A stretch of DNA of 64,000 bases, from contig CAVPPB010000003.1 of assembly GCA_963707215.1 (NCBI GenBank), positions 1,216,001 through 1,280,000 of the forward strand, given 5' to 3'. Under the pieces are notes generated by a model that saw only the letters and a program-made list of their open reading frames with translations, searched no databases and had not been told where the DNA came from. Positions 31,215 through 41,454 of the stretch are shown piece after piece (within the stretch, counting starts at the first letter, position 1; each line of letters opens with the position of its first letter). Made by a program: the position numbers and the translations under genes. The DNA comes from an uncultured Chloroflexia bacterium (lineage in GTDB: Bacteria; Chloroflexota; Limnocylindria; Limnocylindrales; CSP1-4).

Positions 31215-32042
31215 ATGGCCCTCGACCCCGGACCCCTGGACGCGCCGACGCCCGGGGCCACACCCCTGATCGCCACCCTTCCGAACCTGCGCGACGTCGG
31301 CGGGCACCCGACCGGTGGCGGCGGGCGCGTACGCGAGGGGCTGCTGTACCGCTCCACGGACCTGAGTCGCCTCGACCCGATCGGGGCGACGGCGCTGGGC
31401 CGCCTGGGCCTTCGCGCCGTGTTCGACCTGCGAACCGTCGCCGAGCGTGATGCCAACCCGGATCGGCTTCCCGACGGCGTCGGCTACGTGGTCCTTGACG
31501 TCCTGGGCGATGCGCCGGGTTCGGGGCCGGAAGCGCTCCGGGGGATGCTCAGCGACCCGGCCGATGCCCGTCGGATCCTCGGCGGCGGGCGGGCGGCGGT
31601 CTTCTTCGAGGATCGCTACCGCGAGTTCGTGGCCCTGCCGAGCGCCCGCGACGCGTTCGGCGGCCTGTTCCGGGCGCTCCTGGACAGGGGGCGCCGCCCG
31701 GCCCTGTTCCATTGCACGACCGGCAAGGACCGGACCGGATGGGCCGCGGCGACGCTGCTCCTCCTCCTGGGCGTGTCCTACGAGGATGTCCTGGCCGACT
31801 ACCTCGCCAGCAACGCCCACGTCCTGCCGGCCTTCCAGCCGATCCTCGACGCGTTCGTCGCTCGCGGCGGCGACCGCTCGCTCCTGGAGCCACTCCTCGA
31901 GGTCCGTCCGGCGTACCTCGAAGCCGGGCTGGCCGAGTTGGACCGGCGCTACGGCTCGCTTGAGCGCTACTTCTCCGAGGCGCTCGGTCTCGACGAGGAC
32001 GCTCAGCATGCGCTGCGCGAGACGCTGGTGACGACCGGCTGA
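31215..32042 (+). CDS. Tyrosine-protein phosphatase (Y_phosphatase3 family)
   Basis: NLRDVGG, DLRTVAE, HCTTGKDRTG active site and DYLASN. Confidence 0.93.
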   Translation: MALDPGPLDAPTPGATPLIATLPNLRDVGGHPTGGGGRVREGLLYRSTDLSRLDPIGATALGRLGLRAVFDLRTVAERDANPDRLPDGVGYVVLDVLGDAPGSGPEALRGMLSDPADARRILGGGRAAVFFEDRYREFVALPSARDAFGGLFRALLDRGRRPALFHCTTGKDRTGWAAATLLLLLGVSYEDVLADYLASNAHVLPAFQPILDAFVARGGDRSLLEPLLEVRPAYLEAGLAELDRRYGSLERYFSEALGLDEDAQHALRETLVTTG

Positions 32043-32092
32043 GGGTCCTGTCCCGGGTGGACGGTTCCACTCCCGGCGACTACCGTTGACCC

Positions 32093-33043
32093 GTGGCCGC
32101 CCCCGAGCGGGCCTCGGCGCTCAGCGTCGGCGTCCTCGCTTCCCTCGTCTACTGCGGAGCCGCGTTCGGCGGCGCCTTCCTGTTCATGCGCCTGGCCGCG
32201 CCAGAGCTGCCGGCTCTCGTCGTCGCGTTCGCACGGGTGGCCATCGCGGCCCTGCTCCTGGCGCCGTTCGTGGGCCGCTCGGGCTTCCTGGCGATCCGCT
32301 CGGAGTGGCGCCACTACGTCATCGTGGGCTTCTTCATGGCCGCGGCGCCCTTCGCCCTGTTCGCCTTCGCCGAGCGCTCGATCACCGCCGGGCTCGGCTC
32401 GATCATCAACGCGACGACCCCGCTGTGGACCGCGATCATCCTGGCCGTCTGGCTGCGCAACGCCCCGACGGTCCGGCGTGTCGCCGCCATCCTTGTCGGG
32501 TTCGCAGGGGTCGGGGTCATCGTAGGGCTCGAGGGCCTCCAGCTCGCCCCCGATGCCTACGTCGGCGTCATCGCGGCGACGGCCGGCGCAGCCTCGTATG
32601 GCCTCGCCCTGACGTACATCCGTCGCCGGATGGGTCCACAGCCACCGATCCGGTTGGCCGCCGGGCAGCTGATGGCCGCGACCGTCATGCTGCTGCCCCT
32701 GGCCGCGCTCTCGACGCCCGAGATCACGATCACCGGCGAGGCCGTCGTCGCGATCATCGGCATCGCCGTCCTCTCGACGGCCATCGCCTGGCCGATCCTC
32801 TTCCGCCTCAATCGCGAGGTCGGGCCGATGGCCACGAGCACCGTGACCTTCCTCAACCCGGTCTTCGGGTCGCTGTGGGGCGCGATGTTCCTGGCCGAGG
32901 TGATCTCCCCGACCTTCCTCGCCGGGTCGCTGCTCGTCTTCGTGTCGCTCGGCCTCATCCTCGACGTCCGGCCTGTCGCGGCGCTGCGAAGCCTCCTGGG
33001 CTCGGGCCGGCAAGCCGCCGTCCTGGCCGAGGTCGAGGACTAG
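32093..33043 (+). CDS. EamA/DMT family transporter
   Basis: About ten TM helices in two repeats; INATTP and TFLNPVFG. Confidence 0.9.
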   Translation: MAAPERASALSVGVLASLVYCGAAFGGAFLFMRLAAPELPALVVAFARVAIAALLLAPFVGRSGFLAIRSEWRHYVIVGFFMAAAPFALFAFAERSITAGLGSIINATTPLWTAIILAVWLRNAPTVRRVAAILVGFAGVGVIVGLEGLQLAPDAYVGVIAATAGAASYGLALTYIRRRMGPQPPIRLAAGQLMAATVMLLPLAALSTPEITITGEAVVAIIGIAVLSTAIAWPILFRLNREVGPMATSTVTFLNPVFGSLWGAMFLAEVISPTFLAGSLLVFVSLGLILDVRPVAALRSLLGSGRQAAVLAEVED

Positions 33044-33295
33044 TCGGGGGCGGCCCCGGGTACCGGACCTCGGGGCATGTCAGGACCGGGTCCGACCTCG
33101 CGGAGCGCGGAGGTCAGGACGGCCACGAATCGCTCCCTGGACGTCGCCAGCACGACCTCGACAGTCGGCGGATCTCCGTCGCCCCGTCCGGGTCGAGGGC
33201 GATCGCCATCGCGATCGGGTCCGGCAGGTCGAACCCTCAGGGGAGCCGCCCGGGCCAACATCGGTGATCACCCACACCTTGGCATGCCGCGGCAT
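33040..33295 (-). pseudogene. Heavily deleted nucleoside hydrolase (IUNH family) remnant
   Basis: In order across three frames: KVWVITDVG, GFDLPDPIAMAIALDP and PPTVEVVLATSRERF. Confidence 0.6.
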
Positions 33296-33428
33296 ACTGT
33301 TCGGGCCGGGCCTGTGCCCGGCCGCAAGCCCGCGACCGAGGAATCCCCGCTGGGGATTCCGCCAGCCGCGGCTGGCCCCGGTCCAGGGCAGGGCGCGACC
33401 CGGTGAGCAGATGCGGAGGGAGCCGCCG

Positions 33429-34298
33429 ATGTACTACCGTCGACCGACGACCCTCGAGGAGGCGCTGTCGGACCTCGCCAGCGAGGATGGCGCTACCGTC
33501 ATCGCCGGCGGGACCGACCTCATGGTCGACATCAAGTTCCGGGAATTCCGGCCGACCGGCCTCCTGAACGTCAACGCGCTCGAAGCCCTCCGCTACGTCC
33601 GCGAGGGCTCCGACGGCCTTCGGATCGGGGCGCTCACCAGCGTGGAGGCGCTGGCGCGGGACCGCTTGCTGGCCCATCGCTACACCGCGATCACCGACGC
33701 CGCCCGCAAGTTCGCCTCGCTGCAGGTTCGGAACCTGGCCACGATCGGCGGCAGCCTGGGTCGGGCGACCCCCGCCGGCGACCTGCTCCCGCCGCTCCTG
33801 TGCCTGGATGCATCGGTGGCGATCGCCCGCCACGGCTCAGAGCGGTCGGTCGAGCTCAGCGAGTTCTTCCTCGGCCCCCGGAAGACGGTGCTCGCGCCCG
33901 GCGAGCTGGTGCGCGAGGTCTCCATGCCGATCCCGCCACCCGGGACCGGCAGCAGCTACGCTCGGATGAGCTACCGGGACGTCCTCGACCTGGCGATCGT
34001 GGGTGTCGCATCCCGACTCACGCTCGACGACACTGGCCGGATCAGTGACGTCCGGGTCGCGCTGGGAGCGGTGGCGCCCAGACCGATCCGGGCACCGCGG
34101 ACCGAGGCGCTGCTCGAGGGCCAGGTGCTCACCGACGAGTTGATCACCGAGGCTGGAGCGACCGCGGCCGCGGAGGCGGCGCCGATCAGCGATCAGCGGG
34201 CGTCGGCCGAGTACCGGACCCTGATGACGGGCGTCCTGGCCCGACGAAGCCTGCGCGCCGCGGCGGAAGCTGCGACCGCCGCCGGAGGTGCCTCATGA
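33429..34298 (+). CDS. Xanthine dehydrogenase/CoxM-family FAD-binding subunit
   Basis: IAGGTDLMV, QVRNLATIGG and ISDQRASAEYR. Confidence 0.93.
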   Translation: MYYRRPTTLEEALSDLASEDGATVIAGGTDLMVDIKFREFRPTGLLNVNALEALRYVREGSDGLRIGALTSVEALARDRLLAHRYTAITDAARKFASLQVRNLATIGGSLGRATPAGDLLPPLLCLDASVAIARHGSERSVELSEFFLGPRKTVLAPGELVREVSMPIPPPGTGSSYARMSYRDVLDLAIVGVASRLTLDDTGRISDVRVALGAVAPRPIRAPRTEALLEGQVLTDELITEAGATAAAEAAPISDQRASAEYRTLMTGVLARRSLRAAAEAATAAGGAS

Positions 34299-34768
34299 CC
34301 GCAGAGCTCATCCGGATGACCGTCAACGGACGCGAGCGGGAGGTCCACGTCGATCCGTGGCGGAGCCTCCTCTACGTGCTCCGCGAGGACCTCGGCCTGA
34401 CCGGGGTCAAGTACGGCTGCGAAGCCGGCGAGTGCGGCGCCTGCACGGTGCTCCTCGACGGGGAGCCGGTCGTCTCGTGCGTCGCGCTGGGCGCCGACGC
34501 GGACGGACGGACCGTCGAGACGGTCGAGGGGATCTCGGAGGGCGACCGCCTCCACCCGCTCCAGGAGGAGTTCCTCAAGCTGGGCGCGTTCCAGTGCGGC
34601 TACTGCGCACCCGGGTTCGTGATGTCGGCCAAGGCGCTCCTGGCCGAGAACCCGGACCCCACGGAAACGGAGATCCGCGAGGCCATCGCCGGCAACCTGT
34701 GCCGCTGCACGGCCTACGTCGGGATCGTGAAGGCGATCGGCGACGTCGCGTCGGCGGGGAGGGACTGA
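34295..34768 (+). CDS. Xanthine dehydrogenase/CoxS-family 2Fe-2S subunit
   Basis: GCEAGECGACTV, QCGYCAPG and GNLCRCT. Confidence 0.95.
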   Translation: MTAELIRMTVNGREREVHVDPWRSLLYVLREDLGLTGVKYGCEAGECGACTVLLDGEPVVSCVALGADADGRTVETVEGISEGDRLHPLQEEFLKLGAFQCGYCAPGFVMSAKALLAENPDPTETEIREAIAGNLCRCTAYVGIVKAIGDVASAGRD

Positions 34769-34769
34769 C

Positions 34770-37163
34770 ATGCAGGGAACCCACATCCTGGGCACCGGAC
34801 CGCAGAACATCGACGGGCCCGAGAAGCTCTCGGGCCGCGCCCGCTACGCGATCGACGTCACGCTTCCGGGCATGCTCCACGCCCGGGTCCTGCGCAGTCC
34901 GCACCCGCACGCCCGGATCACCTCCATCGACACGTCCCGGGCCCTGGCGATCCCCGGCGTGCTGGCCGTCATCACCGGCGACGACCTGCCGGTCATCGAG
35001 GACTTCCCGGGCGATCGTCCGACGCTCGCCCAGGGGATCGTGCGGTACGTCGGCGATGCGGTGGCCGCGGTGGCGGCCGAGACGCCCGACCTGGCCGAGG
35101 AGGCCCTGCGGGCCATCGACGTGACCTACGATCCGCTACCGGCCATCCTCGACCCGGAGGTCGCCATGGCCGACGACGCTCTGCGGATCCACGGTCCGGT
35201 GACCGGGCCGGGCGGCGTCGACCTGCCACCGAACGTCATCCACTACTACGGCGTCGACGATGGTGACATCGAGGCGGCCTTCGCCACTGCCGACCTCGTC
35301 GTCGAGAACCGCTTCACGACCGGCATGGCCCAGTGCACGCCGATGGAGCCGCACGCCGCCGTCGCCGACGTCGACATCTATGGCAACGTCGTCGTCTGGT
35401 CGAACACCCAGACGCCATACATGGTCAAGGACCGCCTAGCGCAGCTCTTCGGCATCCCGGCCCACAAGGTCAAGGTCATCGTCCCGCCACACATCGGCGG
35501 CGGCTTCGGATGCAAGACCCGGATGAAGGCGGAGGGCGTGGCCGCTGCCCTGTCGCGAGCCGCTCGGCGGCCGGTCAAGCTCGTCTACACCCGCGAGGAG
35601 GTCTTCGCCGACACGACGGTCAAGCACCCGTTCGTGATCCACATCAAGGACGGGGTCATGAAGGACGGGACGCTGGTCGCGCGACAGATCCGTTCCGTCC
35701 TCGACGCCGGCGCCTACACCGACGGTACGGTGGGTGGGCTGGTGACCCGCAACGCGGCCTACGGCGCGGTCGGCGTCTACCGGGTGCCGAACTTCAAGCT
35801 CGACAACTACCGCGTCTACACGAACAAGCCGGTCGGCGGGGCCTTTCGCGGCTTCGGCGTGGCCCAGACCACCTGGGCCGTGGAATCCCAGATGGACATC
35901 CTGGCCGAGAAGCTGGGGATCGACCCGCTGGAGCTGCGCCTCAGGAACCTGCTCGAGGACGGCGAGCTCAACCCCGAGCACTTCAAGATGGATGCGGTCG
36001 GGTCCCGGCCGACGGTCCTCCGGGCCGCCCGGGAGATCGGCTGGGGCGAGCCCGCGGGTCCCGTCGGAGCCAACGGCTCGAATGGCTCGAACGGGTCCGG
36101 CGGAGCGTCCGACTCCGGGACCGTCGTCCGCGGCAAGGGGATCGCGATCGGCTGCAAGCACTTCTCGATCCAGACCTCGTCGGCAGTGCTCAAGGTCCAC
36201 CCGGACGAGTCGTTCGAGATCCGGAGCAGCGTCACGGACATCGGTCAGGGCTCCCGGACGATCATGGCCCAGATCGTGGCCGAGGAGTTCAAGGTCCCCC
36301 TGGACCAGGTCCGGCTCGTCCAGATCGACACGGACGTGACCCCGATCGACACGGGCCAATCGGGCAGCAGCACGACCGTCAAGGCCGGCCATGCAGTCCG
36401 CCTGGCCTGCCTCGAGGCGAAGCGCAAGCTGTTCGAACGGGCCGAGGATCTCCTCGAGGCAGCCGCCTCCGACATGGACACCGCCGGCGGCGAGATCTTC
36501 GTCCAGGGCTCACCGGAGCGCTCGATCCGGATCGGCCAGCTGTTCAAGACGATCCCGGTGAACATGCCCGGCTCGGACTACGGGCCGTTCCTGACCGACG
36601 ACGCCGAGATCACCGCCGGCGGCATGTTCTATCCGGCGAACGCGGTCGGTGCGGACGGCGGACCCATGCCGAAGGTCGGCTTCAGCTACTGCTCGCAGGC
36701 CGTCGAGGTCGAGGTGGACACCGAGACCGGCCGGATCAAGGTCGTCAAGCTGGTGAGCATCCTCGACCCCGGCAAGGCGCTGAACTCGACCCTGACCGAC
36801 GGCCAGATCGAGGGCGGTGTCGGCTTCGGGATCGGGACCGCGCTGCTGGAGGAGCTGACCTTCCGCGACGGTCGGCTGGCCAACGGCAACCTGACCGACT
36901 ATCGCATCCCGACCGCGCTCGACGTGCCCGACCTGGCCAGCCTGACGATGGGCATCGAGGAGACCGACTACGAGACTGGCCCGTACGGCGCCAAGGGGAT
37001 CGGCGAGGTCGTCGTCTGCGCCACCGCCGCCGCCATCGCCAACGCCGTCCACGATGCCACCGGGGTCCGCCTGACGGACATGCCCATGACGCCGGAGCGG
37101 GTCGCCCTGGCGATCGCTGCGCACGCCGCGAGCGGCGCCTCGGACGACCGGGCAGTCGACTAG
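34770..37163 (+). CDS. Xanthine dehydrogenase-family molybdopterin-binding subunit (not a true CO dehydrogenase)
   Basis: RSPHPHARI, GGGFGCK, GAFRGFG, GQIEGG and GAKGIGE. Confidence 0.93.
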   Translation: MQGTHILGTGPQNIDGPEKLSGRARYAIDVTLPGMLHARVLRSPHPHARITSIDTSRALAIPGVLAVITGDDLPVIEDFPGDRPTLAQGIVRYVGDAVAAVAAETPDLAEEALRAIDVTYDPLPAILDPEVAMADDALRIHGPVTGPGGVDLPPNVIHYYGVDDGDIEAAFATADLVVENRFTTGMAQCTPMEPHAAVADVDIYGNVVVWSNTQTPYMVKDRLAQLFGIPAHKVKVIVPPHIGGGFGCKTRMKAEGVAAALSRAARRPVKLVYTREEVFADTTVKHPFVIHIKDGVMKDGTLVARQIRSVLDAGAYTDGTVGGLVTRNAAYGAVGVYRVPNFKLDNYRVYTNKPVGGAFRGFGVAQTTWAVESQMDILAEKLGIDPLELRLRNLLEDGELNPEHFKMDAVGSRPTVLRAAREIGWGEPAGPVGANGSNGSNGSGGASDSGTVVRGKGIAIGCKHFSIQTSSAVLKVHPDESFEIRSSVTDIGQGSRTIMAQIVAEEFKVPLDQVRLVQIDTDVTPIDTGQSGSSTTVKAGHAVRLACLEAKRKLFERAEDLLEAAASDMDTAGGEIFVQGSPERSIRIGQLFKTIPVNMPGSDYGPFLTDDAEITAGGMFYPANAVGADGGPMPKVGFSYCSQAVEVEVDTETGRIKVVKLVSILDPGKALNSTLTDGQIEGGVGFGIGTALLEELTFRDGRLANGNLTDYRIPTALDVPDLASLTMGIEETDYETGPYGAKGIGEVVVCATAAAIANAVHDATGVRLTDMPMTPERVALAIAAHAASGASDDRAVD

Positions 37164-37303
37164 CGAAGGACCGCCCCTCGCCCGTTTCGGCCTGACAGTG
37201 GCACCGTCGTTCATCGAGCCGCGTCGGCGGCCCACCGCGGCGGGCCGCCTCCATCGGGCCGCGCGGAGCCGGGAAGTCCATCCGTGCACGTCACGCTCGA
37301 GCC

Positions 37304-37346
37304 TGTGACCTCGCTCACAGCCCGGTCCCTCCGATCGGGCTACGGT
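37304..37346 (+). promoter_or_regulatory. Crp/Fnr box (37304-37319) in a class II promoter, leaderless
   Basis: TGTGA-cctcgc-TCACA, 21 nt, TACGGT, 6 nt, ATG. Confidence 0.75.
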
Positions 37347-37352
37347 GGCGGC

Positions 37353-38552
37353 ATGGCCGCGCGAAGGCTGCTCACCGGCACGCTCCTCATCGCCTTCGCC
37401 GTGGCTGCCTGCCAGCCGGCCGCGGCGGACCCCGATCCGAGCCCCTCCCCGTCAGCATCGGACGGGAGCGTCACGAAGGAGCCCCCGGACCTCGATGACC
37501 TCCGCATCGACATCGAGGGCTGGGCGACCGACTTCACCCGGGCGAGCGTCGACCTCGGTGACTTCGTCGGCGGAGGGCCACCCAAGGACGGTATCCCCTC
37601 GATCGACGAGCCGGTCCTCGAGTCGATCGAGGCGGCCCGGAGCTGGCTGGCCGACCAGGCGCCGGTCATCAGCCTCGAGGTCGGCGGCGAGGCCAGGGCG
37701 TACCCGCTCGCCATCCTGATGTGGCACGAGATCGTCAACGACACGCTCGGCGGCGTGCCGGTGGTCGTGACCTTCTGTCCGCTCTGCAACACGGCGCTGG
37801 TGTTCGAGCGGTCGCTCGACGGCACCGTGCACGACTTCGGCACGACCGGCAACCTGCGGTTCAGCGACCTGGTCATGTACGACCGCCAGACCGAGAGCTG
37901 GTGGCAGCAGGCCACCGGCGAGGCGATCGTCGGCGAGCTGACCGGGGCGAAGCTGACCTTCCTGCCGGCCCAGATCGTCTCGCTCGCCGACTTCGCCACC
38001 GCCCACCCGAACGGCGAGATCCTCAGCCGGGACACGGGCTACCGGAAGGACTACGGCCGCAACCCGTACGTCGGCTACGACGAGATCGACCGCAACCCGT
38101 TCCTCTTCACCGGCGTGATCGACGGACGTCTCGGGCCCAAGGAGCGGGTCGTGACCGTCGGTGAGGGCGACGAGGCCGTCGCCTACCCGTTTTCGGAGCT
38201 GCGCACCGTGGGCGTGGCCACCGGCTCTCTCGGGCGCGAACCGATCGTGGTGCTGTGGGAGCCCGGCACCGCGTCGGCCCTCGACTCGCCCGTCATCGAC
38301 GCTGGCGACGACATCGGCGCGACCGGGGTGTTCCGCCCGGTCGTGGACGGCCGGCCGGTGACGCTCGAGCGGGTCGGCGGCGAGGATGCCCCGATCACCG
38401 ACCGAGAGACAGGCTCCACGTGGTCCGTCTCCGGGGTCGCCACGGACGGGCCGCTCGCCGGCACCCGGCTCGAGCCGGTCGTCCACGGCAACCACTTCTG
38501 GTTCGCCTGGGCCGCCTTCGCGCCGGAGACGACGATCTGGGAGGCGCCATGA
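37353..38552 (+). CDS. DUF3179 family lipoprotein
   Basis: Lipobox VAAC; GGPPKDGIPSID, HEIVND, TFCPLCN and FWFAWAAF. Confidence 0.9.
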   Translation: MAARRLLTGTLLIAFAVAACQPAAADPDPSPSPSASDGSVTKEPPDLDDLRIDIEGWATDFTRASVDLGDFVGGGPPKDGIPSIDEPVLESIEAARSWLADQAPVISLEVGGEARAYPLAILMWHEIVNDTLGGVPVVVTFCPLCNTALVFERSLDGTVHDFGTTGNLRFSDLVMYDRQTESWWQQATGEAIVGELTGAKLTFLPAQIVSLADFATAHPNGEILSRDTGYRKDYGRNPYVGYDEIDRNPFLFTGVIDGRLGPKERVVTVGEGDEAVAYPFSELRTVGVATGSLGREPIVVLWEPGTASALDSPVIDAGDDIGATGVFRPVVDGRPVTLERVGGEDAPITDRETGSTWSVSGVATDGPLAGTRLEPVVHGNHFWFAWAAFAPETTIWEAP

Positions 38553-39133
38553 GCGCCACGGTCCGGGCCCGGCACGGCACGCGATCCGATCACCGCCGCA
38601 CCGGCCGTGCCCGGGTCCTCTCGACCCTTGCCGCGTTCGCCCTGGTCCTGGCCGCCTGCACAGAGGGCGTCGGCGTCGCCAACGCGGATGCCGACCCGAC
38701 CTGGCGAACCTCCGCCCTGGTGGATGTCCGGACCGGCGAGCCGTTCAGCATCGACGGTCTCCAGGGCCGGCTGGTCGCGATCGAGCCGATGGCCATCTGG
38801 TGCACCACCTGCCGGATCCAGCAGCAGGAGGCCGCCACGGCTCTGGCCGCCATCGCGTCCGACGACCTCGTCTACGTCGGACTCGACGTCGACCCCAACG
38901 AGCCGGCCGACGCCCTGGCCGAGTATGCCGACGTCCAGGGCTTCGATTGGCCCTTCGCAGTGGCCTCGCCGCAGGTCTCCCGCTCCCTCGCCGCGACCTT
39001 CGGCGACCAGGTCCTCTCGCCGCCGTCGACGCCACTCATCCTGGTCGGCCCAGACGGCGAGCTGATCGACGTCCACTTCGGGATCCGCGACTCGAACGCG
39101 CTCGAGGCGTTCCTGCGCCAGCACCTGCCCTGA
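38549..39133 (+). CDS. TlpA-like redoxin lipoprotein
   Basis: LAAC lipobox and WCTTC CxxC motif; translationally coupled to the DUF3179 gene. Confidence 0.85.
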   Translation: MSATVRARHGTRSDHRRTGRARVLSTLAAFALVLAACTEGVGVANADADPTWRTSALVDVRTGEPFSIDGLQGRLVAIEPMAIWCTTCRIQQQEAATALAAIASDDLVYVGLDVDPNEPADALAEYADVQGFDWPFAVASPQVSRSLAATFGDQVLSPPSTPLILVGPDGELIDVHFGIRDSNALEAFLRQHLP

Positions 39134-39168
39134 TCGAGGATCGACCGCGGCAGCCGGTACGTGGCGGA

Positions 39169-39771
39169 TCAGGCGACCTCGGTCCCGGCCAGCAGCTCGC
39201 GGGTCGAGCGTCCGTACGGCCAGAACCGGTCCCTCGCGCCGGCATCCCAGGCCTCGCGGAGCCCGGGCGCGGCGAGATCCCAGTCCGGCCGGATCGCCTG
39301 CGTCAGGCCGCGCAGGTCGCGCCGAAGATCCTCGTTCGAGGGCCGGCCCCAGTACCAGTAGCCGTCGTAGGCCGAGTGGATCCGCAGGCCCGGTCCGAGG
39401 ACGAACGTGTGCGGGATCATCGGGTCGTGGTGCGGGTCGGTGTACTCGGCGATGTCGAGGTCCTTCTGGACGACCCGGCCGGCGTCGGACAGGAACGGCC
39501 ACTCGGCACCGAGGCCGGCCCGGTTCTCGTTCGTCTCGAGGAGGTTGTCGGTCGAGATGGTGACGAGCCCGGTGTAGCCGACCTTGAGCTCCGGCCAGAG
39601 CTCGACGAGGTTGCGGTGCTGGCGCTGATCCTTGGGGCAGTAGCCGCCCCGGGACAGGACGACGATCAGCGGATCGCCACCCTGGATCTCGGAGAGCCGG
39701 CGGCGGCGGCCGGTGTGGTCCGGTAGCTCGTAATCCGGGAACGTCCCTCCAGGGACGATGTCGCTGCGCAT
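39169..39771 (-). CDS. AhpC/TSA-like redoxin domain protein
   Basis: FPDYELPDHTG, RGGYCPKD and WPFLSD. Confidence 0.88.
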   Translation of the reverse strand: MRSDIVPGGTFPDYELPDHTGRRRRLSEIQGGDPLIVVLSRGGYCPKDQRQHRNLVELWPELKVGYTGLVTISTDNLLETNENRAGLGAEWPFLSDAGRVVQKDLDIAEYTDPHHDPMIPHTFVLGPGLRIHSAYDGYWYWGRPSNEDLRRDLRGLTQAIRPDWDLAAPGLREAWDAGARDRFWPYGRSTRELLAGTEVA

Positions 39772-39802
39772 GTCGTGCTCCGCTCGCAGGGTGAGGCCGG
39801 TC

Positions 39803-40333
39803 CTACCGGGACGGCCGGAAGGCCAGTCGGTCGAGTATCAGCCCAAGGACCGCCCCGAACATGAACGTGTGCGCGACGAACTGGACGGCGACGTTCTGCG
39901 TGTCCGGGAACCACGTCCAGCCGAAGGCGGGGGCGAGGACGAAGAAGTCGACGATCCACAGGCCGAAGCCGGCGATGCTGGCGGACGCAACGGTCGAGAC
40001 CGTGGTCCGCGACAGGGCCGGGACGAGGGCGAGGACGGCTGCAACGGCGAGGCCGAACGTCATCGACAGGGCCATGTGGATGGCGATGCCGGCGGCGCCG
40101 GCGGTCAGGAGCGAGCTTGTCGGATCGAGCGCCGCCGTCCCCAGGCCCATCGCTCCGATCATCCGGAGGGGCATGAAGAACGCCTCGCTCCCCTGCAGGA
40201 TCGCCGCCATCACCATCTCGAACATGGCGAAGAGGATGCCGGCGAGGGCCCCGCCGACGAGTCCGGCGCGGATCCACGTGGTCGCGGCGGTCCTGTCGGC
40301 TGCACTCGTGCGGTCCAGTGACGTGGTCGACAT
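39803..40333 (-). CDS. Four-helix membrane protein with intramembrane histidines
   Basis: Hydrophobic helices containing IHMALS and VAHTFMFG; AGGAG RBS. Confidence 0.75.
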   Translation of the reverse strand: MSTTSLDRTSAADRTAATTWIRAGLVGGALAGILFAMFEMVMAAILQGSEAFFMPLRMIGAMGLGTAALDPTSSLLTAGAAGIAIHMALSMTFGLAVAAVLALVPALSRTTVSTVASASIAGFGLWIVDFFVLAPAFGWTWFPDTQNVAVQFVAHTFMFGAVLGLILDRLAFRPSR

Positions 40334-40368
40334 GGGATTCACTCCTGGTTCGGTGGCTGATGTCAGCG

Positions 40369-40411
40369 ACCGTAGCCGGGCCGGTGAGCGGCATCTGTGA
40401 CGGGGCTCACA
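40369..40411 (-). promoter_or_regulatory. Crp/Fnr box (40396-40411) in a class II promoter
   Basis: Minus strand reads TGTGA-gccccg-TCACA, 21 nt, TACGGT. Confidence 0.75.
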
Positions 40412-40644
40412 GCTGTGGGTCCTCGACCGTGGACACGTCGATCCGCCTTGACGGCGAGGAGAGCGGCGTGCTCGTCGCGGCATCGCGGCCCGGCGGCGCG
40501 GATCCGGTCGTGCCGGGGGTGATCCAGGCCACAGCGACGCCGGGGGTCGAGCGGTAGCGTGGCCGTCGGCGAGCTCGGCCGACAGGGCAGAGGCGCCGCC
40601 GGCCCACCTGACCAGGGCTGGATCCGCAGGGAGACCCCAGCCCG

Positions 40645-41454
40645 ATGGACGAGCCCGCAGGCACCGCGGCGCACCGAGGCGGCGCAGCCCTCCCGCCGGT
40701 CATCCTGCCCGTCTCGGCCGTGCCTGCCGTGACCGCCGCCTGGATGACCGAGGTCGACCGGCTCGCGGTCGAGGCGTACGGGGTGACCCTGCTCCAGATG
40801 ATGGAGCAGGCCGGCTCCCACCTCGCCGAGGTCGTCCGCGTCGAGCTCGGCGGTGATCTCAAGGGCCGAATGGTCGTCGTGGCCGTCGGGCCCGGGAACA
40901 ACGGCGGCGGCGGACTGGTCGCCGCTCGTCACCTGATGAACGGGGGCGCCTCGGTGCGGGTGATCCTCGCTCGCCCGGCGCTGCGCCTGTCCGAGGCTGG
41001 CCGCCACCAGCTCGCCACCCTCCTGGCCATGGGCACCAGTTGCTGCGTCGTGACCTACGACCTGACCGACGAGGAGCTCGAAGCTGCCCTGGCGGGAGCG
41101 GACATCGTCGTCGACGCCATCCTCGGCTACAACGCCGTCGGGGCGCCGCGAGGTGAGGAGGAGCGCCTCATCGGCTTCGTCGTCCGCGCCCGGCGACCGG
41201 TCGTGAGCCTGGACGTCCCGTCCGGCGTCGACCCGGACACCGGGGCCACGCCCGGGCTCGCGGTCCGGGCAGCGGCGACGCTGACCCTGGCGCTGCCCAA
41301 GACCGGACTCCTGAGCGAGCCGGGTCGCGCCAACACCGGCCGCCTCTACCTGGGAGACCTGGGATTGCCGGCCAGGCTCTATGCTGACCTGGACATCGCC
41401 GTCGGCCCGATCTTCGGGACGGGCCGGATCGTCACGCTGGACCGGACGACATGA
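40645..41454 (+). CDS. nnrE: NAD(P)H-hydrate epimerase (stand-alone YjeF_N)
   Basis: MMEQAG, GPGNNGGGG, VDAILG and SLDVPSG. Confidence 0.88.
   Translation: MDEPAGTAAHRGGAALPPVILPVSAVPAVTAAWMTEVDRLAVEAYGVTLLQMMEQAGSHLAEVVRVELGGDLKGRMVVVAVGPGNNGGGGLVAARHLMNGGASVRVILARPALRLSEAGRHQLATLLAMGTSCCVVTYDLTDEELEAALAGADIVVDAILGYNAVGAPRGEEERLIGFVVRARRPVVSLDVPSGVDPDTGATPGLAVRAAATLTLALPKTGLLSEPGRANTGRLYLGDLGLPARLYADLDIAVGPIFGTGRIVTLDRTT

Noticed and set aside
36061-36120. Tandem GSN repeat insertion in the Mo subunit
   Set aside because: Short in-frame low-complexity loop with no further signal
34770-37163. Aerobic CO dehydrogenase (coxMSL gene order)
   Set aside because: The active-site loop is AFRGFG rather than AYxCSFR
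37353-39771. Further selenoproteins among DUF3179 and the redoxins
   Set aside because: All redox motifs (CPLC, WCTTC, YCPKD) use Cys codons and the ORFs are uninterrupted
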